The notes under the pieces were generated by a model. That model saw only the letters and a list, made by a program, of their open reading frames with translations. It had not been told where the DNA came from and made no database searches. A stretch of DNA of 63,985 nt, the filler included, from Stramenopiles sp. TOSAG23-3 (lineage: Eukaryota), in NCBI GenBank assembly GCA_900128585.1. It is 3 parts of 3 records of this genome, joined end to end, with 100 filler letters (N's around TTAATTAATTAA, not from the genome) between each part and the next. Parts side by side here need not be neighbours in the genome. Positions count along the whole stretch, not along the records: positions 1 to 22,006 come from LT642344.1; positions 22,107 to 44,080 come from LT642345.1; 1 more part is not named here. The stretch is one strand, 5' to 3'. Made by a program: the position numbers and the translations under genes. Positions 18,891-29,494 of this stretch are shown one piece after another (positions within the stretch are counted from its first letter, which is position 1; each line of letters begins with the position of its first letter).

Positions 18891-21401
18891 TTATTCGTCC
18901 TCCGATTCTAGCCCTAGCTTCTTCCGTTGTGCCTTTTCGTACGCTTCTTCCTCAAGTTTCTTCTCTTGAGCTTTCTTGAATTCCCGGATCGCCACCTCCT
19001 TTTCAATCCTCAACCGCTCCCGTTCCATTTCTTCCGGGCTAATAATATTCTCCTCTTCGCTGTCAATGTCGTTCACTGTCTGCTTGAAAATGCTCCTTTG
19101 CAGGATCTCCTGCCGGTACTTTTGCTTCGATTGCTTCGCATACATGAGAAAGTCCCTCAAAGTGAAGTAGCCTCGCTTCTTCGACATCCCTTTGAACGCT
19201 TCCGAAACTTCCGATCCTCTCACGAGGCGGCGCAGTGGGCCCGTGTCGTTTAAGATCTTGAATATGTTCTTGTCTCGGGTCAGGCTCCGAAACATTTGCC
19301 GCCGCGTGCATTCTTCGTCGTGGAGCTGCGAGAGCGATTGAAAAAGGTATTCCAAAAGGACAGGGTTCACTTTGCTCACCTGCTGGTGCAGCACGAACGA
19401 TGCGAACTGCTCAAACGTGATCAGCGCCTGCCCGGAGGGCGAGGAGGGGCCTGGAAGTGCCGGCAATGCCACTGCCCGAGCTCCGTTATCTCCGTCGGGC
19501 TTTACGCGTCCCCCCTCCCCCCCCCTTCTCCTCCTATCCCTCTTCGACTTCTCCACGCTGTCTGGCCGCTTGGGCGGCGGGACAATCGACAAGAACGCCT
19601 TCTCCCAGAGCCGGGGAACAAGCAGGATCCTCATCAGGGGTTCGTCCGACACCAGCTTAATGACCCTGTCGTTGCAGGTGAACGCTTTCAGCAGGGCCCG
19701 CTTCGTGATGGTGTCCTTCCCCTCCCGGTCCACCTCGTCAAAGATGCGACGAAGGCGCAGCCGCTGCTCGGCCGTCGACTGGCTGACCTCGACGAACCGG
19801 ACGAACTCCTCGAACGACACGGTCCCGGTCAGGTCCGTGTCCATCTGCAAAAATGCCTCCTGGAACAGCTTTGGCTTTAGCAGAATCGCAAGACTCGGCT
19901 TTCGGGTGAGGATCGCCACGACGTCCGGGTTCCGCCGAAAGGCGTAAAGCAGCTCTGTCTTCTCCACCGAATTGCTCCCGTCGGTGTCGATTGCGTCGAA
20001 TAGGCGCCGCAGGATCAGCCGGTTGCTGCTCTGGGTTTCCCCGTACTCTATAAACTTCAAAAATTCCTCAAACGTCAGCACCCCGGGCGTGGCCGTCACG
20101 AGATTGTCGAATACGTCCTCGTACAGCTCCACTCGCAGCATGGTCTTGAGGGAGGAAAACTTGGTCAGCGTCAGGATCACATCCTTGTTCTCCCGCAGGC
20201 CGTCAAAGAGCTGGTCCTTCGTGATCGCCTCGGAGTTCTGGTCGTCCAATAATTCAAAAATTTGCCGCAGGAGCAGCGTGGACTGGCGCTGTTGGGGGGT
20301 CTCTGGGGTGCAGTTCCACGGGGCCAGCACGTCCATCGCAGAGTTGGTCTCCTTCATGGGGCGACTCGCCGCGCCCTCTTCCCCCCCTGCCCGCTCCGCC
20401 TCCAGCGCCTCTTCCCGCTCGATCTTCTCCGCGTACTCCTTCAAGTACTCGGTTGTGTTGGCGAGCATCTTATCGTAGTCCGGACGCCCCCCCACGGAGT
20501 CCCAGTGGGCGTCGATTATCTCCAGCCACGACTCTGCAATCCGGTGGCCCCGAACGATCGCGTACACCTGGTCCCGCCGACGCGCGTCCTTGCATGCGTT
20601 CACGTGGACCCGCAGATGGTCATTCTTCCATGTCCCGTCCCTGGACCGCCAGGATCGGTCGGCGCCGTGGTCCAACAGCAGGACCAGCACGCTCACGTGC
20701 CCATACCGGCAGGCGACCGAGAGCGGCGCCCAGCCCTCCTCGTCCGGGACGTTCGCGTCCGCGCCGTGCTCCAACAGCTCGTACGCGGTGTTGTAGTGGT
20801 CGAACAGGGTGGCAATATAAAGGCATGTTCGCCCAGTCTTGTCCCTTCCATTAATGTCCAGCCGCTTCGTTCGGATAAGCTCAAACATCCGGTCTGTCGC
20901 GCCGATCCCGGCAAGCTCGAACGGGGTAATGTCGTGGGCAAAATAGTTTCGGCACCGTGCCTCGTAATCGATTGCCGGGGGCGGCTCGAACAACTTTTTC
21001 AGGACTTGCTCCTTCTTCACCTCGTGTGCCCTTCGTCGTGCCTCCGTGTTTGTGCTGGCCAGGACGCCGCACAGCTTCGACTTGGGGATGATGGTCGTCA
21101 ACGTTTCGCCGCCCGTCTCAAGGTGGATCAGGCAGTTGTCGCTGACCCCGTGCGAAATGGGGTCGGCGTCGAAGATCTGAATCCCAGCCGAGTCGATGAA
21201 AAAGCTCTGTCGTACGTCAAGATAGTGAGACGGAAATTTGGTGTTCCAGTTCTTCACAAACCACATCTTTAGATGGAGCATCGGCTTGTGGTACCATGTT
21301 ACCGGGACAACCATAGGAACGGAGAGGGACGCCAACGGGGGTTCGTCCCGCTTCCCCCGGACTTCGTAGGAGATTCGAACGCGGAGGAGCGGGGTGGTCA
21401 T
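18891..21401 (-). CDS. Ankyrin-repeat plus multiple EF-hand protein
   Basis: Ankyrin motifs GRTCLYIAT...LLEHGADAN and GWAPLSVACRYGH...LLDHGAD. EF-hand loops DTDGSNSVEKTE, DTDLTGTVSFEE, DREGKDTITK. Confidence 0.88.
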   Translation of the reverse strand: MTTPLLRVRISYEVRGKRDEPPLASLSVPMVVPVTWYHKPMLHLKMWFVKNWNTKFPSHYLDVRQSFFIDSAGIQIFDADPISHGVSDNCLIHLETGGETLTTIIPKSKLCGVLASTNTEARRRAHEVKKEQVLKKLFEPPPAIDYEARCRNYFAHDITPFELAGIGATDRMFELIRTKRLDINGRDKTGRTCLYIATLFDHYNTAYELLEHGADANVPDEEGWAPLSVACRYGHVSVLVLLLDHGADRSWRSRDGTWKNDHLRVHVNACKDARRRDQVYAIVRGHRIAESWLEIIDAHWDSVGGRPDYDKMLANTTEYLKEYAEKIEREEALEAERAGGEEGAASRPMKETNSAMDVLAPWNCTPETPQQRQSTLLLRQIFELLDDQNSEAITKDQLFDGLRENKDVILTLTKFSSLKTMLRVELYEDVFDNLVTATPGVLTFEEFLKFIEYGETQSSNRLILRRLFDAIDTDGSNSVEKTELLYAFRRNPDVVAILTRKPSLAILLKPKLFQEAFLQMDTDLTGTVSFEEFVRFVEVSQSTAEQRLRLRRIFDEVDREGKDTITKRALLKAFTCNDRVIKLVSDEPLMRILLVPRLWEKAFLSIVPPPKRPDSVEKSKRDRRRRGGEGGRVKPDGDNGARAVALPALPGPSSPSGQALITFEQFASFVLHQQVSKVNPVLLEYLFQSLSQLHDEECTRRQMFRSLTRDKNIFKILNDTGPLRRLVRGSEVSEAFKGMSKKRGYFTLRDFLMYAKQSKQKYRQEILQRSIFKQTVNDIDSEEENIISPEEMERERLRIEKEVAIREFKKAQEKKLEEEAYEKAQRKKLGLESEDE

Positions 21402-22006
21402 CGGGGTGGCTCGATCAAATTCCTAGTCCGTTCGCCTCTTTCTCGAGTGCTGACGAAGAGCTGCATGAACTGTTTCAAATCCCCTGTTTGTTTGTCTTTC
21501 GGAAAGATGGGAGGAGAGAAAAGGGAAAGGGGCGATGAATATTTGTTTGTTGATGTTTTAGTATAGACGACGATTATTCATTTTTTGTATTATATTTTTT
21601 TAGAGTATACAAGTATTATTATTATTTATTCATCTCATCGTCGTCAGTCGTCATCATTGATATTATAATAATATTATAACATCTACATAGCATTGAAAAA
21701 TATAAAAATATCGAAAGCGCTTCTTCTTTCTTCTTCTTTTATTTTGCGGTTGGGTACGGTACGGTATTCCCAGGTATTAATTTTATACCGGAACCCAATA
21801 AAAGGACTAGAAATTGTCCATACCCACACTCCACTCCCTCTCCCTCTCCCTCCTCACCTTACCTCACGCTCACCTCACCGGATAAAAAGAAGGATGGATG
21901 AAATACCACTACTGGAACTACGGTACGTTTTAATGTAATATTCGTACGAGTAGACACTAATATAATTAAAAAGAACTAATAATAAAGCATCAATGCAATA
22001 CAGCTA

Positions 22007-22106
22007 NNNNNNNNNNNNNNNNNNNNNNNNNNNNNNNNNNNNNNNNNNNNTTAATTAATTAANNNNNNNNNNNNNNNNNNNNNNNNNNNNNNNNNNNNNN
22101 NNNNNN
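22007..22106. other. Artificial contig-joining spacer (44 N + TTAATTAATTAA + 44 N)
   Basis: Exact 100-nt structure. The 12-mer places stop codons in all six frames. Confidence 0.93.
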
Positions 22107-22108
22107 GA

Positions 22109-22176
<68 letters not shown>

Positions 22177-22177
22177 A
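22107..22177 (+). repeat. (GAAA)n microsatellite
   Basis: Perfect GAAA run at the contig start. Confidence 0.95.
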
Positions 22178-22475
22178 AAAGAAGATATTTTTTTTTAATA
22201 TTTTTTAAAATAATAAATAATAATAATAATAATTAAGATTTTTTTGTTGATGAGAAGAAGAAAGAAGTCATGAATGTAATAATACACAGTTAAAATATAA
22301 ATAATATATTTTCAATTAATTCATTTCACGTGTTTTTTTTTTACTTTTTTACTTTTAGAATTTATTATAGATTGTTTAGTGTGGTTGGTGCACGTTTTGT
22401 TTGTTTCGTTTGTGTGTGCCCCTTTACTTCCTCTTCTTCTTTTGGGCAGTGTGGTGGATAGGATACGTGCCAGCC

Positions 22476-25400
22476 ATGTCGTTGAACATTGCACGGTTGG
22501 AGGCTGCGTTGGCGGAGTATGAGGCGCGGACAATGAGCGACAACGGAACGCGGCGGGAGCTGGCACTGTCGAGTGCGAACGCGAGGGGGATACAGGCCGT
22601 GAAAGAGCCGAAGACGAAGCACTTGTGGGCGTCCAACCTTCAGAATCAGTTCGTTAGGAGGAACAGCGTGAAAAAGTACAAAAGGGCGAAAGAGAACGAC
22701 GGCGGAAAGCGGAAGCGGCCCGACGTGGAGGCGACCCCGACGACGGGGAAACGGGGCCGCCCCGCAGGCTCGAAAAACAAGCCCAAGCCCGAGCCGGGAA
22801 GCTCTGCAATAGACGGGAACTCGACATACAGCGACTACTTGAAGCAGTTTTCCGACCAATCGTTTCCCTCCAACGGATCAGGGCTTGGGGCCTCGTCCTC
22901 GTCGTTGCTGATGAAGTCTGCAAACTACTCCGTGTTCGACAACACGTCCAACCGGAGCGTGGTCGTTTCCGCGGCGGACCGGAAGAAAATGACATTTTGG
23001 ACAGAGGTCTGCGGCCCTTACTTTTTGTCTGTCGATGAGATCGGCATTTTGCCAAAGAATTACAGGGAAATGTCATACCAGGCGGAGAAGTTGGCGTCCG
23101 CGGAGCGGTGCGCCAAGGACCTTGCGGCCATGGAGAAGCGCCACGCGTTGAATGCGGAGCGCCGGAAACGAAAGGGCCCGCCGGCGTCGGAGGCTCGCGA
23201 GATGAGGGAGATGCAGCTGAGTCTGGCCCAGGCCCACCGGGACGTGACGATGGCCCAGAGACACCCGGGAAAAATAGAAAAGATAAAAAAGGACGACGGA
23301 CTCGTGCCGCTAGGCCCGCGGGGGCAGCACTTTAGAGAGGTGTGGGCGGCGGAAGACCAGGCCATCCAGGACGCGCTGAACCCCGGCGCGGCGAGGCGCC
23401 GGGCCAGGTACGAGCAGCAGCAGGAACGCCGCAAGGGCAAAGACAGTTCGGGCAGGGGCAGCAGGAGCTCGAAGCGCGCGTCTGCCGTGCCAAAGAATAC
23501 TCCCTTCAAGGAGGGGGAGGTGTGCCACGTTCTGATGCCGAAAGGGGAGATCGTCACCGTCCGCATCACCAAGAAGCACAAGGGCGGGACGTTTGACGTA
23601 AAGTATATCGTGGGCAAAAATCGTATCACCGGGGTCGAGCGAAAGCAGCTGTTCCGCGAAGGGGAAACGCCGGAAGAGGACGACGAAGACAAGGAGGACG
23701 ACGAATCGTCCTACAACGGCCTGGGTGAAGGGAAAGAGGGGCAGAACGGCCTGTCCATTCGGACGTACTTGCGCATCGACGGGGAAGACCCGGTGCCGAA
23801 CCGCTCCGCGCTGAAGAACCTTGACGGGTCCGTCAACACGGACTTTGTCTTGCGGTGCTGGACGGACGACTCGCTGGGGGGGGGCGAGCGGGAGAACAGC
23901 GGCGGCAAGAGAGGAAAGAAGGGGGCGGGGAACGTGAAGCTCGTCCTGATAGACGATAGAGCCGAAGATGCAACGACGTGGGTTCCTGTCCCGTACGATG
24001 GCACCGCGGCGGGCATCGAAATGAGCAAAGACAACTGCGGCGCCATCACCCCCGCAGTCCCAAAGCTGCTCGCGGGACACTCCCTGTTCTTTGGGAAGGG
24101 TGGGGCGCGTTTGAAGAACAACAAACCCCTCAGGAGTTTTGGGGCGGACGAGGTGAACGACCAAGTCAACATTACCCTGACAGATTTGGAAGTGATGGAA
24201 GCAGTGCCGCGGGAGGAGGTCGACGAGGTGGCCGCAGAGATGGGGTACTTGCAGTGGAAACTAGGCGTTACCCAAAAGCTAAACGAGGGGATGGCAGAAA
24301 CGTTCAAGGCCAGGGTAGAACTGGAAATGCTGAAAGAACAGGCGATGAACAAGCGGTTGAAGGCCTTGCAAACTGCCAAAGAAACGTACGAGGCCCGTTT
24401 CAATACGGACCAAGAGAGAATACGAAGGTTGCGGTTGCAGGAGTTCGAGCGGCGAAGGGCGGCGGAGATCAAGCGACGGCGCGAGATCGCGCTGCTGCAG
24501 CAAAAGTCGAAGGTGAAACGGTCCAATAATTTGAAAAACAACCGAAACAGGACAGTCCAGCGCCGGGAAGAGATCGCCCGCGCGACCAGGGAGACCCGGT
24601 CGACGGACAAACAGAACTTGAAGAAAACCATGTTTGGCACGACCAGCGGCCCGGAAGATGAAGTTCGCACCCTGCTAGAGTCGTGCGTCGGGTACGTGGT
24701 CATGTGCAACACGCCCGCTCTCGTCCCAAAGGTCAGCCCAGAGGAAGAAGCCAGGAGGGCTGCGGAGAAGGCCAAGAAGGCAGAGAAAGTGAAGCGGGAC
24801 CTTTTGCTCAAGAAGAAAATCATGGCGGAGGCGTTGGAGGCAAAAGCGAAGAAAGAGAAAGCCCGCAAGAAGCGTATGGACGACGCAAAAAAGCGCAAGT
24901 TCGAAGAGGACCTGACCGCCTCGCTGTATCAAATGGGGAGAGAGTTCGAGCAGCTTCACCACTACCGTGAAAACCAGAGAGACGCAGCGAAGAGAAGGAA
25001 GAAGAACGAAAAGCGGGAAGAGTCCGAGCAGACGAAGTTGAAACAGCTGTGCTCCATGGCGAACAAACTGCTGGGCGCGAAGGAAAACTCCCAGGGGGAA
25101 CAACGCTACTGCCTTTGCCGCACGGTGCAGAACGACGATAAGTTTTACATTTGCTGCGACATTTGCGAGGACTGGTTCCATGCTAGTTGCAGCGGCGTTC
25201 CTGCCGCTGTCGCGAAAGACATCGACGCTTTCGTTTGTCCAATATGCCAAATTATAAGCGCCCGGTTTCACACGGACAAGTCCAAATGGTGCCGCACTTC
25301 TTTCAAACCGTCGGTGGACATATCACTTTTGGGATCGTACGAAATATACAAATACCGTAAAGAGGCCTTGTTGAAGGCATCGTCCATGATCGAAAAGATC

Positions 25401-27689
25401 GAAGACGTGCGGTACCGGCGACAGTTGGCGCAACTAAAGCGCTTTCACAGCCAGATGTTGGCCAAAGTGAAACGCAAGAAGCCCAAGGACCGCCCTTTGA
25501 TAAAGATTCGCCTTCGTAAAGTGGGACCACGGGAATACCGTCATGTAAACCCGAGAAGCAAAGTGGGAATACCCCACCAAAAAACAATGCACGAGATCGA
25601 AGAGGCCATTCCGCTGATGCCGCTGCGAGTAAAATTTATGAAACTGAAACCAACCCCTCCCGGCGACTCTGTTGAAGACGGAGGCCGAAAGTGCGGCATC
25701 CCGGGGTGCAAGCGCGATTGGAAAGTCTCGGGGCCAGAACCGATGCAGATACCAAAAAGACGCCGAAGCGCCATTTCGTTATTCACAACGTCGGTTCGGA
25801 AGAAAACGAAAGCGGAGAATCCCAAGCTGGGCCGTACAGAGTTGACCGAGTTGATTCATCGCCGTTGGGAAGAAGCGAAAGATGACGAGAAGAAAGAGTT
25901 CGAAGAAAAGGCACAACAGCTGAAGGCCGAATACGACCAGCACAAGGCGAAGCTGAAGGCGGAGTTGAAGTCGGCGAAAAAGGCGTCGAAGATGAAAATA
26001 GCAAAGCAGTGGCCAACGCGCCCGAAAAGGCCGGCCAACCCATACTTCATGTTCTGCTCAACCCTGCGAGCGGAGTTGCGACAGAAAAACCCAGGCATAT
26101 CGACAGGAGAGCTCTCCAGACTTCTGGCCAAACGGTGGGGAGAGCTAGACGCATCGAAAAAGAAGGTCTTCGAAGACGAGTACGCGTTGCGGCAGAAAGC
26201 GTATCACGAAATTTTGGCCAAGCATAAGGAGACTGGGAATGGGAAGGTGAACCTGCACCTCCCAGACGCGCCGCAAAAGCCGAAACGAGTCCCAAGTGCG
26301 TACTCGCTGTTTGTCGGCGAAGAAAGAAAGCGGCTTTCAAAGGGCGCCGGAAAAATAGACTCCTCGTCCCTGTCGCTGCAGTGTGGGGCCAATTGGCGAT
26401 CCCTTTCGACTACCGAAAGGAAGACTTACGAAGACCGAGCTGCGGCACTCAAGATCGATTACGAAACGAAGATGACTGCGTATCGGGACTCTATGAAGCA
26501 GTACCGCAAAAACGCAAAAATTGCTGAAAAAGAGGCAGCTAGGGCCAACGGAAATGTTGAGCGTCCACCCATTACTGAAGGGTCCAGTGGTCCGTCTTCC
26601 TCGGTCGTTGAGATCCCCCCGGTGCCCGAGCGCAACAAATTCGGGGGGAAATCTCCCGCCAATATGGCGCCGGAACCAGCTAAGGATCGGTTTTTGTGCC
26701 TTAGCAGCTTATCGAACGATCAACCTTTCTACCTAAAATCAGGGGCAAGCCAACGATGCGGTTTTATGAGTGTGTTTGGTCAAGTGGATGTCATTCAAAC
26801 AACCTTTGTCGACATGGATTACATTTCCGATGCCGACAGGACCGAACTTGACGATTGGCGAGACGACGAGGGGGAAGAATCGGAGGAAAGCAGCTCCGAA
26901 AGCGACAGCGAGGAAGACAGCTCCGAAAGCGACAGCGAGGAGAGCGACGGCAGCGAGGATTCAACCAGTAGCGAAAGCGAGGAATCGAGCAGTAGCGGTT
27001 CGGAAGATGCTGGCAGCGACGCCGGTGAAGAAAAAAACACTGGAGCGGCGGCGGCGGCGGGAGAGGTCGAAAAGACGGAAGTTCCGCAAGAGCCCTTCGA
27101 CGAGGCTGTTGAAGCCACACGCGAGCCCGATCCACTGGAAGGCGAACCGACTGGGACTGGGGCGCCCGCAGCGAAGCCGGCCGAGGAAACGGGGACGGAT
27201 GAAGCGCACGCTATGGCCACCTTGCCGTTGCCCCCGAAGCCCCGGCGCCCGTACAAAATCAAAGGGCAGCTTATGGATTGGACCTTGGCCGACGGGACCC
27301 ACCCCAAAATTTATGTGTCGTCCAACAACTCCGACGTGTTGGCATCAAGCCAGTTTCAGTGGGAGTACGACCAGGCCAAGGCCAGCCTGGACCAAGAAGA
27401 GTATGAAGACGCTTTGTTAGAGTTAGAGCATATAGATTACACCCTGGAAGAGTTCGTCCCGCCCAGCGTCCAACGCCAACAGGAAGAAGACGAAGAACGC
27501 GCAAGGCGCGAGGCAGCAGCGGAAGATGCAAACATATCCGATTTAGAAGAAATCGGAGACGACGACAGTGACGATGCCGACAGTGCTGGTGAGAATTTGG
27601 CATTGAACTTTGATTTATCCAGCGTATCAATGTTGGACGATTTGACTTTTGACGAGGAAGACATTGACGACGGGGAAGTTTTGGTGTGA
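22476..27689 (+). CDS. Chromatin protein: AT-hook, Ada3-like motifs, Tudor/SH3-like barrel, PHD finger, three HMG boxes, acidic tail
   Basis: ATG at 22476. AT-hook KRGRP. PHD finger YCLCRT...ICCDICEDWFHASC...CPIC. HMG boxes PKRRRSAISLF, PKRPANPYFMF, PKRVPSAYSLF. Ada3-like motifs FWTEVCGPYF, PLGPRGQHFREVWAAED, DEVAAEMGYLQWKL. Confidence 0.85.
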   Translation: MSLNIARLEAALAEYEARTMSDNGTRRELALSSANARGIQAVKEPKTKHLWASNLQNQFVRRNSVKKYKRAKENDGGKRKRPDVEATPTTGKRGRPAGSKNKPKPEPGSSAIDGNSTYSDYLKQFSDQSFPSNGSGLGASSSSLLMKSANYSVFDNTSNRSVVVSAADRKKMTFWTEVCGPYFLSVDEIGILPKNYREMSYQAEKLASAERCAKDLAAMEKRHALNAERRKRKGPPASEAREMREMQLSLAQAHRDVTMAQRHPGKIEKIKKDDGLVPLGPRGQHFREVWAAEDQAIQDALNPGAARRRARYEQQQERRKGKDSSGRGSRSSKRASAVPKNTPFKEGEVCHVLMPKGEIVTVRITKKHKGGTFDVKYIVGKNRITGVERKQLFREGETPEEDDEDKEDDESSYNGLGEGKEGQNGLSIRTYLRIDGEDPVPNRSALKNLDGSVNTDFVLRCWTDDSLGGGERENSGGKRGKKGAGNVKLVLIDDRAEDATTWVPVPYDGTAAGIEMSKDNCGAITPAVPKLLAGHSLFFGKGGARLKNNKPLRSFGADEVNDQVNITLTDLEVMEAVPREEVDEVAAEMGYLQWKLGVTQKLNEGMAETFKARVELEMLKEQAMNKRLKALQTAKETYEARFNTDQERIRRLRLQEFERRRAAEIKRRREIALLQQKSKVKRSNNLKNNRNRTVQRREEIARATRETRSTDKQNLKKTMFGTTSGPEDEVRTLLESCVGYVVMCNTPALVPKVSPEEEARRAAEKAKKAEKVKRDLLLKKKIMAEALEAKAKKEKARKKRMDDAKKRKFEEDLTASLYQMGREFEQLHHYRENQRDAAKRRKKNEKREESEQTKLKQLCSMANKLLGAKENSQGEQRYCLCRTVQNDDKFYICCDICEDWFHASCSGVPAAVAKDIDAFVCPICQIISARFHTDKSKWCRTSFKPSVDISLLGSYEIYKYRKEALLKASSMIEKIEDVRYRRQLAQLKRFHSQMLAKVKRKKPKDRPLIKIRLRKVGPREYRHVNPRSKVGIPHQKTMHEIEEAIPLMPLRVKFMKLKPTPPGDSVEDGGRKCGIPGCKRDWKVSGPEPMQIPKRRRSAISLFTTSVRKKTKAENPKLGRTELTELIHRRWEEAKDDEKKEFEEKAQQLKAEYDQHKAKLKAELKSAKKASKMKIAKQWPTRPKRPANPYFMFCSTLRAELRQKNPGISTGELSRLLAKRWGELDASKKKVFEDEYALRQKAYHEILAKHKETGNGKVNLHLPDAPQKPKRVPSAYSLFVGEERKRLSKGAGKIDSSSLSLQCGANWRSLSTTERKTYEDRAAALKIDYETKMTAYRDSMKQYRKNAKIAEKEAARANGNVERPPITEGSSGPSSSVVEIPPVPERNKFGGKSPANMAPEPAKDRFLCLSSLSNDQPFYLKSGASQRCGFMSVFGQVDVIQTTFVDMDYISDADRTELDDWRDDEGEESEESSSESDSEEDSSESDSEESDGSEDSTSSESEESSSSGSEDAGSDAGEEKNTGAAAAAGEVEKTEVPQEPFDEAVEATREPDPLEGEPTGTGAPAAKPAEETGTDEAHAMATLPLPPKPRRPYKIKGQLMDWTLADGTHPKIYVSSNNSDVLASSQFQWEYDQAKASLDQEEYEDALLELEHIDYTLEEFVPPSVQRQQEEDEERARREAAAEDANISDLEEIGDDDSDDADSAGENLALNFDLSSVSMLDDLTFDEEDIDDGEVLV

Positions 27690-28140
27690 AGAAAGAGTAA
27701 CACATATTATTGTAGAGTGGAGTCTAATTTATATAGCTCTCATGAGATTATTTTAACATAGCATTTTAGAATTTAGAATTTAGAATTTTTTAGTAGAATT
27801 TTCATTTATTTAATTTTATTATAGTGTATACATATAATAGTACCTGGTATAGATATTTTATTATATATATTTAGTAGTCTACTAAATATTATAATACCAA
27901 GGGTTTATTTTGTACATCCAAACCTCTTTTTTTGATGAAAAGATGATGACCATTGAATGAAGATACAATTGTTCCAATGGTATTCATATGTAATTTAGTG
28001 ATGATTAAATAATAATAATTATTTTTTTGTGGAGAACGGGTGCTGCCGTATTTGACCTGACTATTTAACTACTCCAATGTACCTATGTATTATACTATAA
28101 ATATAATACCCAAAAAAATAGGGAGAGCAGCACAGCGGCG

Positions 28141-28312
28141 GGAAGAAGAAGGAAAGAAGAAGAAGAGAGAAGAAGAAGAGAGAAGAGAGAAGAAGAAGAA
28201 GAAAGAAGAAGAAGAAGAAAGAAGAAAGAAAGAAGAACAAGAAGAAGAAGAAGAAAGAAGAAGAAAGAAGAAGAAGAAAGAAGAAGAAGAAAGAAGAAGA
28301 AAGAAGAACAAG
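28141..28312 (+). repeat. Degenerate (GAA)n polypurine tract
   Basis: Directly visible. Confidence 0.9.
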
Positions 28313-28649
28313 AATTATTATTATTACAGCAGTATTAAATTATTATTTATTAATAATAAAAAAAAAAATTCTTTCTTCTTCTTCTTCTCTTCTTTCTTTC
28401 AACCAACATATTTTTTTATAATATATTATTTATTATAATAATAAGCTTCTTACATATTATAATAATTGAATGATAAAGGAAGAAAGCAAATGCATGGATG
28501 ATTTTAAGTCTATGTTTCATTAACAGAGTAAGTAAAAAAACTCCAGAAAAGGAAACTGTCTGCATTGTGTTTTATCTACTCTCAGTATTTCATTTTGCTA
28601 CGTTTCTCATCACACGCACAACCAGCCAGGCGAGAACAAAAGAACGACG

Positions 28650-29240
28650 ATGGCGTCAACGACCAACGAAACCAACCCGTTGGATAGGAAGTGGTGCATT
28701 TTTGAGCACAAAAACTGGAAGGCTTATACAAAACTTGCAACGTTCGATTCGGTGGAAAATTTTTGGGGCTATTGGGATCAAATGCCTCTTCCAAGTACCT
28801 TTTTTTACAACGGTCAAGCTAAAGGGTCAATTGCTGGCAGGGAAGTGGAAGCGTTCTCAATATTCGAGCACGGTATTGAACCGACGTGGGAAGACCCACA
28901 GAACTTGGGCGGGGCAATGGTATGCTTTAAAACGGAAAAAGTAAAGCTCGAGGCTCTAGATACTTTCTGGGAAAATCTTGCCCTGGCTTTGATCAGCGGG
29001 GATCACCGGTTGTCTAAAATTTTGTGCGGAATTCGCGTTGCCGATAAGAGCAAGTCTGGCAAATACAAAAGCCCAACCGTGACAAAACTGGAGCTGTGGT
29101 TGAGAACCGCTTGCGATGAGGACCCAGGGATGCAAGCGGAATTGAAAGAGCTGTTTGAGAGTTGCTTAAGTGATGGGAGTGGCCGTAGCGCGAGTGATAG
29201 GGGCATTGACGTGGAGTTCAAACCGCACCCAAAAATGTAG
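28650..29240 (+). CDS. eIF4E: Eukaryotic translation initiation factor 4E
   Basis: PLDRKW, FDSVENFWG, FEHGIEPTWEDPQN, WENLALALI, LCGIRV, KLELW. Confidence 0.93.
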   Translation: MASTTNETNPLDRKWCIFEHKNWKAYTKLATFDSVENFWGYWDQMPLPSTFFYNGQAKGSIAGREVEAFSIFEHGIEPTWEDPQNLGGAMVCFKTEKVKLEALDTFWENLALALISGDHRLSKILCGIRVADKSKSGKYKSPTVTKLELWLRTACDEDPGMQAELKELFESCLSDGSGRSASDRGIDVEFKPHPKM

Positions 29241-29494
29241 GAAACTTTGAAACATGGAATGGGCTTACACACACATATTATTAAATCGTGTAACGAAAGT
29301 AAAATAAATTGTTTTGTCGTCAGAAGGGTTGCGTCACTTTTGAAAAGAAAGCTCTCGTAAAAAATCTGCACCGAGTAGTTAGCTTGTGAGAGCGACAAAG
29401 AAGTCGTACGTTTGCTTGCGCCCCGTAATAAACCGTATTTATGTTATAATACGATTCGTACATATTTAAGATTTAAGGAACAAAACCTCAATCT

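Noticed and set aside
22051-22062. TTAATTAATTAA palindrome between N runs (also 44125-44136)
   Set aside because: Identical 100-nt construction at both sites with stops in all six frames. An assembly linker, not biology.
28085-28438. Lys/Glu/Arg-rich ORFs (also 32156-32659 and 45287-45616)
   Set aside because: Translations of GAA/TTC microsatellites in AT-rich spacers.
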